From positions 276,342 to 340,341 of the IMG/VR virus record IMGVR_UViG_3300020172_001601: 64,000 bases of DNA, one strand, 5' to 3'. Shown here piece by piece: positions 1 to 9,107 of this stretch. The translations under genes were made by a program, and so were the position numbers. Below the pieces are notes generated by a model that searched no databases, was not told the DNA's origin, and worked only from the letters and a program-made list of their open reading frames with translations. Positions within the stretch are counted from its first letter, which is position 1. The number at the start of each line of letters is the position of its first letter.

Positions 1-67
1 GCCCGGCTGCGAAGGCAGATGTAGGTCCAGTGTACCCTAGTGGGTGTCACCTAACGGGAGAAGTCGA

Positions 68-238
68 ATGTGGTATGTGATCCAAGATGACGATGGACCA
101 TTCCTGACGAATGAAACGCCTGCGGAAACAGATGTGATTCTGTTCCAAGGCACTATTGTCGAGGCCGAACGAGCCTTGCAGCGTGCTTGTGAAGATTGGG
201 AATCCGAACACGACGACATGAACGAGGACTTTCAATGA
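68..238 (+). CDS. small acidic hypothetical protein
   Basis: ATG after GGGAG, just downstream of the repeat at 22. Confidence 0.6.
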   Translation: MWYVIQDDDGPFLTNETPAETDVILFQGTIVEAERALQRACEDWESEHDDMNEDFQ

Positions 239-642
239 TTTTTGTAAGCGTCACAAAGAATGACGGCCAAGCCGTTGTTTCGATCAACGCTGCTCAGGAA
301 AGGAAGTATTTTCCTTTGACGAAGCGGGGTTGTATTGCTGCGGGTAAGTGGCTGGCTGAGATCGGAGCGGATAGTTGGAGCAATAGTTCCAGCGTTGACT
401 TCCCGAAAGAAGTCAAGCCTCGCTTCCGGCACAATGTTTCAGACCTGATGACTGAGGGCTTTCGGTCGGTGCCGCCTGTGGTCCAAGAGACTGTGGTTGG
501 CGACTACGAAATTCGTGGCAATCAATACGTTGCGATTGCCATCAACGTCAAGAACCCGAAGGACTCTCATTACTTCGACCCCGATGTGAACAACAACGCC
601 TTTATTCGAGCCTGTGGTTGGGCTTATGAACCGGAGGACTAA
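235..642 (+). CDS. hypothetical protein
   Basis: ATGA overlap with the previous stop; 135 aa. Confidence 0.7.
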   Translation: MIFVSVTKNDGQAVVSINAAQERKYFPLTKRGCIAAGKWLAEIGADSWSNSSSVDFPKEVKPRFRHNVSDLMTEGFRSVPPVVQETVVGDYEIRGNQYVAIAINVKNPKDSHYFDPDVNNNAFIRACGWAYEPED

Positions 643-894
643 ATGTCTTTTCCAAAAGACGGGACAGTGTTAAATGGGGCATTCTGGCTAAATGGGGAAT
701 CATGGCTAATCATGGAACCCCAAAAGCCACTGAATGAATATCTTGCACAATCATTGCAGGAGCAGCGGCAATACATTGAACGCCTGACCAAAAGGGCAGA
801 CGCACTGGAACAATGGCTGGCTAGGTCCAGTGTACCCTCAAGGGCAAGGAGAACAAAACATGGCAAGTCCTTGGAACGTGGTGGAACTGGTTGA
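643..894 (+). CDS. hypothetical protein (reads through the repeat at 822)
   Basis: ATG abuts the previous TAA; contains repeat-encoded RSSVP. Confidence 0.5.
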   Translation: MSFPKDGTVLNGAFWLNGESWLIMEPQKPLNEYLAQSLQEQRQYIERLTKRADALEQWLARSSVPSRARRTKHGKSLERGGTG

Positions 895-1297
895 GAAGCC
901 GAAAGGCAGTGTTGGCATGAGTCTGGCTGAGGCCGACAAGTTGCTGCGAACTGCGGGATATTTGCAAGGTGATTGGGACTATTTGAAGGACTATCACTTT
1001 GCGAAGTACGTTTACTTCGACATCAACACAGTGGAAGACGTGGAAGCCTTCCTTGTGAAGCTGGACAAGGACAACGAAGACCATACGAAACCTGGGCCAT
1101 TCCGATGGGGCTGCTCGAAGGCGAAGGGCATTCGGTCCTATTTGAAGAATGAAACATGGAAGAAGGACGAAACTTGGCTAAGGGCAGCAATATCCCACAA
1201 TCGTCGCATCATTTGTTCCTGCCATGAGGGTGGGTCATATAAGCGACGGGATGAACTGCCGATTGGTCATCAAGAGAGGCCGTGGGGGATGAAGTAG
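860..1297 (+). CDS. hypothetical protein
   Basis: AGGAG RBS then ATG 860; the stop is the repeat TAG. Confidence 0.8.
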   Translation: MASPWNVVELVEKPKGSVGMSLAEADKLLRTAGYLQGDWDYLKDYHFAKYVYFDINTVEDVEAFLVKLDKDNEDHTKPGPFRWGCSKAKGIRSYLKNETWKKDETWLRAAISHNRRIICSCHEGGSYKRRDELPIGHQERPWGMK

Positions 1298-1349
1298 GTC
1301 CAGTGTACCCTAGCTGGTGTTGAGAGAACGAACTCGAACTGGAGAAATC

Positions 1350-2060
1350 ATGAAAGAACTCGAAGCTGCGTTGAACGAAGAGTTGGCGAAGGTGCTGGGT
1401 GCAAAGCACAACTGGATGGGCGTGATTGCCGGGGTTGCCGGTCGCCGAGCCAGTGAGTTTGCCCGGACGAAGAACGGTTTGCTGGAAGACGTTGTGACCG
1501 ACGTGACTGGCGACATCATTCTTCAGGCGAAGGAAGGCAAGCTGGCGGGTGCGGTGATTCGTGCCAAGGAAGCATCCCATACGGATGAAGAACTGGTGGA
1601 GAACTTACGGCACGTCGTCATGAAGGCGGCGTTCTACCGGGTGAGTGATGCCATGAAGTGGCGCTATCGCAGCGGCACTCAGTTCAGCCAGATCAGTGCT
1701 GAGAATGACTTCTCCGAGACTGTGGAAGCTCGCCCGGAAACCGAAACCGACTTGACCTATTACACGGACCTGTTGGTGAATGAGTTGGAAGTGATGGCGA
1801 CTGCTGCCGACTGGAAGCACAATCGCACCGGGAACCCCAGCTATCCGAAGCAGGCGAAGCGGTTACGGAAGTCCAAGGAAATGGTGCCGGATCGGGTCGA
1901 GGGGATGGCGTTGAAGGATTTGATGGAGAAGTACAGCGTCGGCAGCAAGGGCGGGATGCAACAGCATCTTGACGACATTGGGCAGGCACTTGCCCGTGTT
2001 GCCGGTCGGCTGGGTGATCCTACCTTGGTTCGAGGGACCAAGGGGATCGAGGTTGCTTAG
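1350..2060 (+). CDS. putative sigma-70/ECF-like sigma factor
   Basis: Region-2-like LEDVVTDV...LRHVVMKAAFYRVSDAMKWRYR and region-4 HTH-like RVEGMALKDLMEKYSVGSKGGMQQHL; GGAG RBS; the stop is the repeat TAG. Confidence 0.55.
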   Translation: MKELEAALNEELAKVLGAKHNWMGVIAGVAGRRASEFARTKNGLLEDVVTDVTGDIILQAKEGKLAGAVIRAKEASHTDEELVENLRHVVMKAAFYRVSDAMKWRYRSGTQFSQISAENDFSETVEARPETETDLTYYTDLLVNELEVMATAADWKHNRTGNPSYPKQAKRLRKSKEMVPDRVEGMALKDLMEKYSVGSKGGMQQHLDDIGQALARVAGRLGDPTLVRGTKGIEVA

Positions 2061-2114
2061 GTCCAGTGTACCCTAGTGGGTGTAACAACCCACTAGACTT
2101 TGCGAGGGAATCAA

Positions 2115-2399
2115 ATGCCAAAAGGTCAATTGCCAAAAGATCAAATTGTATATCAGGTCGTCACTAAAGGTGGCGGCGTTGATGGTCGGGACCATACTGA
2201 CAAGGGCGGCAACATCAAGTTCGCATCCTTTGATCGTGCCGAAGCTGAGAAGCAAGTCACGGCATGGGATGACCTGAAGTTGGTTGCCATGAGTGGCAAA
2301 GAATTGCTGGCCCTTAAAAAGAAGGTCTTGGCAAAGTTGGACGGTGTTGAAAAGCTGGTGCTTGAGTTGCCCGCAACGGTGCGGACGAACAATTGGTAG
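2115..2399 (+). CDS. hypothetical protein
   Basis: GAGGG RBS; the stop is the repeat TAG. Confidence 0.75.
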   Translation: MPKGQLPKDQIVYQVVTKGGGVDGRDHTDKGGNIKFASFDRAEAEKQVTAWDDLKLVAMSGKELLALKKKVLAKLDGVEKLVLELPATVRTNNW

Positions 2400-2455
2400 G
2401 TCCAGTGTACCCTAGTGGGTGTAACAGCCCACTGGACTTTGCGAGGAAGTGAACC

Positions 2456-2782
2456 ATGCGATTGAGATATGACTATTCAACAAAGATGTGCCGTGACCGA
2501 TTCGCAAGGATCGAGAAACTCGGCAAGATCAAGTTGGTGCGGGGCTATCGCTACTTTGGCCGGTACAACACGAGCCATGAAGCGGTGCTAGTTGTCGGAG
2601 AGAACGGCACTGCACGCTTCGGCGGGTTGTTGTGGGGTTATGGTGGCGAAGGTCCACGGGGATTGCAGGAACTATTGTTGAAGCTGAATGTGCCAGCGGC
2701 ACAAGCTGAAGCGATTGCTTTCTCAACACCCCGGAAGGATGAGATCGGCGAAGACTGGCGGCTGGTGCTGCCGGTCAACTAG
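2456..2782 (+). CDS. hypothetical protein (WGYGGEGP motif)
   Basis: GAGG RBS; the stop is the repeat TAG. Confidence 0.8.
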   Translation: MRLRYDYSTKMCRDRFARIEKLGKIKLVRGYRYFGRYNTSHEAVLVVGENGTARFGGLLWGYGGEGPRGLQELLLKLNVPAAQAEAIAFSTPRKDEIGEDWRLVLPVN

Positions 2783-2844
2783 GTCCAGTGTACCCTAGTG
2801 GGTGTGCTGGTGAGTGTTTCAAAACCCTGTTTCGGAGAGATCGA

Positions 2845-3111
2845 ATGAGCAAGTCAAGTGCAGTTGTGGTTGTTGGTCGTGGCCGTCCTGAGCAGTACAG
2901 CGCCGGATTCATCCGTGCCTTCAAGGTGATCGTGCGGAAGCACGGTTTGCTGGCGGGTCGGGAGTTCATCAACGCCAACGGCGTGACGGTCGGCGGGAAG
3001 CATCGGGACGTGAGCATCAGCTTGCCGACCCTGAGCAAGTACGTCAAACGTGATGAAGTCGGTGGCAAGGCCGTGCCTCTCTTCCGTGGTCGTCCTACGA
3101 AGGCAGCGTAA
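2845..3111 (+). CDS. small basic protein with two AT-hook-like RGRP motifs
   Basis: GRGRP near the N-terminus and RGRPTK at the C-terminus; GGAG RBS. Confidence 0.7.
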   Translation: MSKSSAVVVVGRGRPEQYSAGFIRAFKVIVRKHGLLAGREFINANGVTVGGKHRDVSISLPTLSKYVKRDEVGGKAVPLFRGRPTKAA

Positions 3112-3266
3112 CCTTCGGGTATGCGGGGCAGGGAATGGTCCCTGCCCTATAGGGTGCTTGGCCTAGCCGAGCAATAGCAATACCCAAATGAGAATCACTG
3201 GGCGGCGTTTAGGTCTAATGTACCCTAGAGGGTGTTGAACACAACATCCTTGAATGCGAGGAAATC

Positions 3267-4091
3267 ATGAGTGGATTTGCAGTCGGAACGTATGTTGGCC
3301 CGGCTGGTGTTCGTCGGCTGTCTTATGAGGACGGGCTGGCGAAGCTGAAGGGAAAAGACCAGAAGAAGTTGGAAAACAACACCTATCTGGTGAAGGTGGA
3401 TGACAAGACGCTGGGCGTGAAACTTCACAATACCATCGTCGTCTACATCTTCAAGAGCGGGGTGTACCAACTGGACACGGGCGGTTGGCGTACCGTGACC
3501 TCAAAGGACCGCATCAACCGATATGGTCCAGCGACGGTGCATCAGAAGAACAACATTTGGTACATCGGTGACGGCATCTATGAGGATGGCGTCCGGGTCA
3601 ATGCTGAAGGCAAGGTGTTGACGCCGCAACGTGGGGTCAAGGTGGTCGAAGCGAAGAAACGCAAGCTGGACCGCATGGTGTTGAAATACATCAAGGGGTT
3701 CGGGGAGCATGTGATTCGCAACGGGTTGCAAGTGGATAAAGCTGACAAGCCCACCGAGCAATCGCCGTGGAAGGTCGTGGAGTTAGTTGAAGGCCCCAAG
3801 CCTATTGCTCCGGGGCCGGGAGACTGTTGGGCGTGTTACTTCGGTATCACGTCAGACGATCCCCTGAAAGAGCCACTAGGGGTCGAGCATCTGCTTGAGC
3901 ATATGCTCGAAGCATACTTCGTCCCCAGCTTACTCTGGAAGGCGATTGTGGCGAATGGGTATCAAAACCCCGGCTTCATCTGGCATAGCATTGCCAGCGA
4001 TGCCCGGCGTGGCGAAAGCCGGTTCCTAAGTCGTGTCCTGACTGCCTACTTCCGAAAGCGGAAACCGGCACTGTTGGACTTGATGGAATAA
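3267..4091 (+). CDS. hypothetical phage protein
   Basis: 274-aa ORF, GAGG RBS, followed by a hairpin. Confidence 0.85.
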   Translation: MSGFAVGTYVGPAGVRRLSYEDGLAKLKGKDQKKLENNTYLVKVDDKTLGVKLHNTIVVYIFKSGVYQLDTGGWRTVTSKDRINRYGPATVHQKNNIWYIGDGIYEDGVRVNAEGKVLTPQRGVKVVEAKKRKLDRMVLKYIKGFGEHVIRNGLQVDKADKPTEQSPWKVVELVEGPKPIAPGPGDCWACYFGITSDDPLKEPLGVEHLLEHMLEAYFVPSLLWKAIVANGYQNPGFIWHSIASDARRGESRFLSRVLTAYFRKRKPALLDLME

Positions 4092-4097
4092 AAAACA

Positions 4098-4140
4098 GGA
4101 ACCCGCCATGAACTGAATCATGTGCGGGTTCTCTTGATTT
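4098..4140 (+). terminator. hairpin / putative terminator
   Basis: GAACCCGC...GCGGGTTC followed by TCTTGATTT. Confidence 0.5.
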
Positions 4141-4165
4141 ACAACTTGTGAAAGGCTGGTGGACA

Positions 4166-4465
4166 ATGAACGCTGTTGGATTGAAGAACTTTACTGAACA
4201 GGTGATAAACTCGCCTGAACCCGTGCTGGTTGACTTCTGGGCAAGTTACTGCGCTCCATGCCGGGCGTTAAAGCCGATCCTGAATGAAGTGTCAGCGACG
4301 GGGGCCAAGGTTGTGACGGTGGACATAACCGAGGAACCTGAACTGACTGCCCACTACGGCATCACTGCAATTCCTACGTTGGTCGTCTTCAAGGGCGGGC
4401 AACCGGGCCAGCGGGTTGTCGGGGTGAAGAAGAAGGACGAACTTCTGCAACTCATCAGTGCCTAA
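4166..4465 (+). CDS. trxA: thioredoxin
   Basis: VLVDFWASYCAPC active site, cis-Pro motif AIPTL, 99 aa. Confidence 0.9.
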   Translation: MNAVGLKNFTEQVINSPEPVLVDFWASYCAPCRALKPILNEVSATGAKVVTVDITEEPELTAHYGITAIPTLVVFKGGQPGQRVVGVKKKDELLQLISA

Positions 4466-4547
4466 ACCGTGTGCCGCCTTCGGGCGGCAACACCTTGCGA
4501 AGTCTAGTGTACCCTACGGGGTGTTCCAAGAAAGAAGAGGAGCTACT

Positions 4548-5153
4548 GTGAATGAGCTTGCGATTGCACGCCCCGGAAGTCTTGATCCCCGAACCCGTGT
4601 TCGTCACGGCAGAGAACGTGAACGGCAGATCGCCGTTGCGTTGAAGGATCAAGTGGGCCTCCCCATTACTGATGCCACTGAGTTCGAGGACAAAGAACGC
4701 AAGGTTGACCGATGGATCGCCTATCCTTCGGGCCGAGTTGCCCTTCAGATCAAATACCGAGAAGTCGGGGAAGACCTTCTGTTCGAGGTCTACGACAAGT
4801 TCTTCGGTTGGGATGATCCGAAGAACAAGCTGGGCCGGGATATGTTCGGCGATGCCAAGGAGTACGCCGTGCTGCTGGCTGACCGTCATACCGTCGTGAT
4901 GGTTCCGACACAGCTTGCCAAGGATACCGTCGCCAAGATGACGGAGAAGGCACGCAAAGAAGGTTTCACGCATGGAGCGGTGAGTTCAACTCTCCGCTAC
5001 TATGTTCACGGCCTGAAGCTGGAATTGAAGGTCCAGCGTGATCCCGGCGACGGACGCCAGAAGATGGTGGCATACATCCCCGCCAGCTACTTCGTGGCCG
5101 AGGCTCAAGCCAAGGTTTACCAAGTGGCACTGCCGAAGAAGTGGCAATCGTAG
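4548..5153 (+). CDS. putative PD-(D/E)XK-family nuclease
   Basis: G.E.E helix, KVD...LQIK motif; GTG start after GAGGAG; the stop is the repeat TAG. Confidence 0.55.
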   Translation: MNELAIARPGSLDPRTRVRHGRERERQIAVALKDQVGLPITDATEFEDKERKVDRWIAYPSGRVALQIKYREVGEDLLFEVYDKFFGWDDPKNKLGRDMFGDAKEYAVLLADRHTVVMVPTQLAKDTVAKMTEKARKEGFTHGAVSSTLRYYVHGLKLELKVQRDPGDGRQKMVAYIPASYFVAEAQAKVYQVALPKKWQS

Positions 5154-5206
5154 CTCCAGTGTACCCTATGGGGTGTGAAGACAATATTGCACCCCATAGG
5201 GAGATG

Positions 5207-5431
5207 ATGATGAGCATTGAACGACAACTTGTGAAGGGAGTAACGACGACTGATGTTGCCGAAGTCGTCAAGGTCAATGAGTGCATTCGCTACATTGAAT
5301 CTTGCGGCTGGTTGTTGAAGCAACGTGCCAGGGGCTATTACTACTTTCGCAACGAAAACGCCAATGAAGGTCAGCGAGACATGACTTTTTCCTTGGCAGA
5401 ACTTCGGGAGGCATACCACAATGGATGGTAA
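5207..5431 (+). CDS. hypothetical protein
   Basis: GGGAG RBS after the repeat at 5151. Confidence 0.65.
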   Translation: MMSIERQLVKGVTTTDVAEVVKVNECIRYIESCGWLLKQRARGYYYFRNENANEGQRDMTFSLAELREAYHNGW

Positions 5432-5627
5432 AGTCAAAATAAGTCACAACTATTGGTGGGAAAACGCAGTGTATTACAGGCGTTCCATCTGCGGCGGCAA
5501 TATTCAGGTCTGGAACGGTCGAATATGGACTGATGCTGCCGAGTCCTGACTTATACTGACTATTGCATACCCTTCTCCATAGGGAGTATGGGGAAGAAAG
5601 TCAGGTCTATTGTACCCTAGCCGGTGT

Positions 5628-5930
5628 AATCGCAAATTACAACACCCAGCACGGGTGGAACGCCGAGAGCCACAGGAGTAAGCACAGAAAGCATCCTCGC
5701 TGCGAAAACAATCGAGGATCGACCCGGAATAAGCCGGTCAGACAGAGTGTGAAGGCAAGAGGGTAAGCCCCTCCCACAATATATCACTCTGAATCAGTGT
5801 GGCCACACTGAGTCTGATCGAACGAAGAAGGGCAGTGCCGAAACGACTGGACGGGCGAAAGTCAGTCACTTGCTGTTGCACAGTGCATCGAAGACCGAAG
5901 GGGACGCCCTTCGGTTTTTCTTTTTTCATT
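5628..5930 (+). ncRNA. candidate structured non-coding RNA filling one repeat unit
   Basis: No RBS-led ORF; nested stems (ATCCTCG/CGAGGAT, CAGAGTG/CACTCTG, TCAGAC/GTCTGA, 18-bp palindrome 5794-5811); ends in a terminator. Confidence 0.5.
5895..5927 (+). terminator. intrinsic terminator
   Basis: ACCGAAGGG-ACG-CCCTTCGGT plus T tract. Confidence 0.85.
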
Positions 5931-5984
5931 TTGTTTAGGTCTATTGTACCCTAGCTGGCACAACCCCTAACGAAAGGCAATGCG

Positions 5985-6173
5985 ATGAACGAACAAGAAT
6001 GGCTGGAAGCATTCAATGCCGAGTTCCTGCGTAAAACCGGCATCACATGGGCAGACGGTGGGCTGGAAGATCAGGACGCCATCAATCGCTACTTCCCGGA
6101 AGACGTGAAAGACGCTGTTCTCCAGCACATGGAGAAATACGACTTGGACGACGTGACCCAACTGTGGGCATAG
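5985..6173 (+). CDS. small acidic hypothetical protein
   Basis: The stop is the repeat TAG. Confidence 0.75.
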   Translation: MNEQEWLEAFNAEFLRKTGITWADGGLEDQDAINRYFPEDVKDAVLQHMEKYDLDDVTQLWA

Positions 6174-6192
6174 GTCCAGTGTACCCTATTGG

Positions 6193-6324
6193 GTGTAATC
6201 GACCCGGCAACGCCCGAAAGATTCTAGGCAAGTACGGCGTAACCGTGACATTCCGATCATCCTGTTCACCGGCCTGCGGGTCAAAGGGGATAGAGAGTCG
6301 GGTCGATTACATTCTTTTTCTTTT
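6193..6324 (+). ncRNA. candidate structured RNA or leader closed by a 16-bp stem
   Basis: 6193-6208 pairs with 6297-6312 (2 G-U), followed by a T tract. Confidence 0.45.
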
Positions 6325-6337
6325 AGGAGAACCTGCG

Positions 6338-6502
6338 GTGAAGAAAAAATACCTTATTGCTCTGCCTTCTTTCCCTAATTCCAAGGGATTCAATCATCGA
6401 ACCATTCTTGTCAGTGCAACCGACAAGAACGATGCCGTTAGCCTTGCCCGGCATTTGCGTCCGGGTGAAAACATTGGCGACATCAAGGAAGTGAACTACT
6501 AG
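6338..6502 (+). CDS. small hypothetical protein
   Basis: AGGAG RBS, GTG start; the stop is the repeat TAG. Confidence 0.65.
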   Translation: MKKKYLIALPSFPNSKGFNHRTILVSATDKNDAVSLARHLRPGENIGDIKEVNY

Positions 6503-6558
6503 GTCCAGTGTACCCTAGTGGGTGTAACGATCACTCAACCCCTGCGAAAGAAACGACA

Positions 6559-6990
6559 ATGGACAACCTCACGAAACTTGCGATTTCCAAGGCTCTGGAA
6601 AAGGACACGAAGAACTTCAAGGCCACGCCGGGAGTTCACGACATCGACACCACGATCACCCTGCGAGTCAAAGGCACGGTGAAGAAGGGTGCGGATTCGG
6701 ATTACACGCCGACCGTGGACATTCCGCTCCTGCCGACCTTGGCACTCGTCATGGAGAAGGCTGGCTTCATGCGGGAACGGGCAAAGGAATTGCTGATCGA
6801 AGCAATGACGGAAGCCCTCGAACTCAGCACCAAGGGCGAAGAGTTCGTTGCCGACCGTGTGAAGAACATCGACGAAGCGATGGCGCACGTCCGGGAAGTC
6901 ACCGGGGCCTTGCCGAAGAAGACCAAGAGCGGGGCAACGAACGTCACCGTGACGGTCGAAGAAGTCGCTCCGGTCGAAGTCGGTGCCTAA
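6559..6990 (+). CDS. hypothetical protein
   Basis: 143 aa, strong codon bias, followed by a terminator. Confidence 0.85.
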   Translation: MDNLTKLAISKALEKDTKNFKATPGVHDIDTTITLRVKGTVKKGADSDYTPTVDIPLLPTLALVMEKAGFMRERAKELLIEAMTEALELSTKGEEFVADRVKNIDEAMAHVREVTGALPKKTKSGATNVTVTVEEVAPVEVGA

Positions 6991-6998
6991 CACTGACC

Positions 6999-7034
6999 GC
7001 ACGGCAACACTGACAATGTTGCCGTGCTTTTTGT
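6999..7034 (+). terminator. intrinsic terminator
   Basis: GCACGGCAACA...TGTTGCCGTGC plus T tract. Confidence 0.8.
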
Positions 7035-7096
7035 TGGTCGTTGTTAGGTCTAGTGTACCCTATTGGGTGTAACGAACCCCAACCTGCGAGAATAAA

Positions 7097-7429
7097 ATGA
7101 AAACTGCGACCATCCCGCAACGCAATCAACGCCTGTACAAGTGCTGGAACGGCGAACTGGAAACAGTGCTGTTCCGTGAGCAATCAATCTCCGAAGGGGC
7201 GTTTGCCGAAACGTGGCTAGTGTTCGACCCGAAGGACAGCCGCCGCATTCGTTGCAGCATTGGCAGCTACTTCACCACGCCTTACTTGGCATGGAAGGCC
7301 GAACTCAAGAGCTACCAAGACGGCCTGAAGGCCCAACGGGTGGCACTGAAGAAGGCACGGGAAGAGATCGTCACCACGAAGGCCACCATTGCCCGGCTCA
7401 AGGACATGGTTGCCCGCTCAAGCACATAA
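7097..7429 (+). CDS. hypothetical protein with C-terminal coiled coil
   Basis: ORF directly after the repeat at 7045. Confidence 0.75.
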   Translation: MKTATIPQRNQRLYKCWNGELETVLFREQSISEGAFAETWLVFDPKDSRRIRCSIGSYFTTPYLAWKAELKSYQDGLKAQRVALKKAREEIVTTKATIARLKDMVARSST

Positions 7430-7439
7430 GGAAAGAACA

Positions 7440-7673
7440 ATGGCACGGCCTCAAGCATACGACCCGCAAGAGGGTTACAAGTATCAAATCCTGACCCGCA
7501 ATCCAGCGTATGGCAGAGCATGGGAGCATTGCGACTATGCGAAGGACAAGGACGAGAAAAACCACTTGATCGGCGAATATCGCTTGGCCTATGGTGCCGG
7601 GTGGGAATTCAAGGTCATCACGTTGCCCGTCAAGTATTGGCCGAAGAGGTCCAGTGTACCCTTGATGGTGTAA
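7440..7673 (+). CDS. hypothetical protein
   Basis: AAGGA RBS; C-terminal RSSVPLMV is encoded by the repeat at 7646. Confidence 0.7.
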   Translation: MARPQAYDPQEGYKYQILTRNPAYGRAWEHCDYAKDKDEKNHLIGEYRLAYGAGWEFKVITLPVKYWPKRSSVPLMV

Positions 7674-7697
7674 CCAACACCCTGCGAGGACAAGACA

Positions 7698-7928
7698 ATG
7701 ATTAGCCGTGTGCAAGTATTTGAAACCAAGGGCAAGCAGTTCCCGACCTTGAAGAAGGCAATTGACTTCCGGGAGGGGCTGATTGAAGAGTTCATTCGGA
7801 AGCTGCCAGGGTTCGATCAAATGCGACACAAGGACCGCATTGCCTTCATTCAATCCATCATCGACAACCGTGAGGTTCTGGTGGACTTGTTTGACTACAA
7901 CGAAATTCTGGACGAAGACGAAGAATAA
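7698..7928 (+). CDS. hypothetical protein
   Basis: GAGGA RBS. Confidence 0.75.
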   Translation: MISRVQVFETKGKQFPTLKKAIDFREGLIEEFIRKLPGFDQMRHKDRIAFIQSIIDNREVLVDLFDYNEILDEDEE

Positions 7929-7937
7929 AGAGGATCA

Positions 7938-8100
7938 TTCAGGTCTGTGAGCAGCGGGGTAACTGGCAGGGAGGCATCCTGTCAGCCTGAATCGAGCGAT
8001 GGTAAGGGCCAGCGAGGGGGCTGGACATTCGACTGTATTAGGTTCCAGCCCTGATGCGACCGAATGCCCCTCGCTGGCACCTGCCTGCATTCAAACCAAG
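7938..8100 (+). ncRNA. candidate pseudoknotted RNA
   Basis: 12-bp stem 8008-8019/8067-8078 enclosing crossed pairings GCTGGA/TCCAGC and CATTCG/CGAATG. Confidence 0.4.
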
Positions 8101-8165
8101 GGTACAAATGACCTTACGTCTATTGTACCCTAGTGGGTGTAACAAACAACAAGAAAAGGAACACA

Positions 8166-8327
8166 ATGAACCCTGCCCTGCAAGCTGCTTTGATTACACT
8201 CGTTCAAGTCATTGTGAAGCTGGAGCCGCATCAATTGGCTGCGGCCCTTGACGAAATCGACCTGAGCGATGAAGGGTTCGAGGAAGAACTCAATATTGTG
8301 AAGCAAGCCATCAAGTGGCAGGATTAG
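8166..8327 (+). CDS. small hypothetical protein
   Basis: AAGGA RBS; the stop is the repeat TAG. Confidence 0.7.
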   Translation: MNPALQAALITLVQVIVKLEPHQLAAALDEIDLSDEGFEEELNIVKQAIKWQD

Positions 8328-8380
8328 GTCCAGTGTACCCTAGTGGGTGTAACGAATAACAATCATCAAGGAAACCGATC

Positions 8381-8584
8381 ATGGCTCGCAAGACCAAAGA
8401 AGAAAAACGAATCGAAGCCGCTGTCGATGCCGCCTTCAGCAAGGTGGGCAACCGTCGCCAGTTCAACATCTTCGACCTGAGCAAGATTCAAGCCGCTGGT
8501 GTGGCTGCTGGCAAGGCCGGGGAGGACATTGAAGCCGCCGTGAGCAAAGCCTGCGATCAATACGAGATCAAAGAAGCAGCGTAG
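8381..8584 (+). CDS. small hypothetical protein
   Basis: AAGGA RBS; the stop is the repeat TAG. Confidence 0.8.
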   Translation: MARKTKEEKRIEAAVDAAFSKVGNRRQFNIFDLSKIQAAGVAAGKAGEDIEAAVSKACDQYEIKEAA

Positions 8585-8634
8585 GGCCAGTGTACCCTAG
8601 TGGGTGTAACGAACAAAACTAATGCGAGACACTC

Positions 8635-9072
8635 ATGAACACCTGCAAAACCTGCAAATCTTGGAATGATGGCATTTGTGAATTGGCTGATACGGTCACA
8701 GGGCCTAAATTGTTTGACATTGTTGTTAGGGTTGCCGACGATCACGGACTTGAAACATCATTGAGAACAGGTCCAGACTTCGGCTGCGTTCATCATTCAA
8801 GCCCTGCCGTGCGACTTGGCACGTTGAACGTAGAGACTGATTGGGATTTCAGTCTTGAATTGAATGGCACTGTTTACAGCGACAGCGAGTTTTCGATTGA
8901 TATTGATTCGATGGATCAATTGGAATCAATCCAAGTTATGGGGCCATTCGGTTCACCGTCTGGCGGCAAACAATGGGAAATCCTTGCAGCTTTGGAAGCA
9001 ATCAAGGCAAATCCTAGTGAGTTCTTTTCTAATCAGGGCGGCAACCGTGGGGCAATGTGGCATCCGAAATAG
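8635..9072 (+). CDS. hypothetical protein with Cys-rich N-terminus
   Basis: CKTC...C...FGCVH; the stop is the repeat TAG. Confidence 0.75.
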   Translation: MNTCKTCKSWNDGICELADTVTGPKLFDIVVRVADDHGLETSLRTGPDFGCVHHSSPAVRLGTLNVETDWDFSLELNGTVYSDSEFSIDIDSMDQLESIQVMGPFGSPSGGKQWEILAALEAIKANPSEFFSNQGGNRGAMWHPK

Positions 9073-9107
9073 CTCCAGTGTACCCTGGTGGGTAAGGAGA
9101 TCAAACC

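Noticed and set aside
8044-8070. Hammerhead ribozyme (CTGATG...GAA)
   Set aside because: The core reads CTGATGC and lacks GAAA with a proper stem II.
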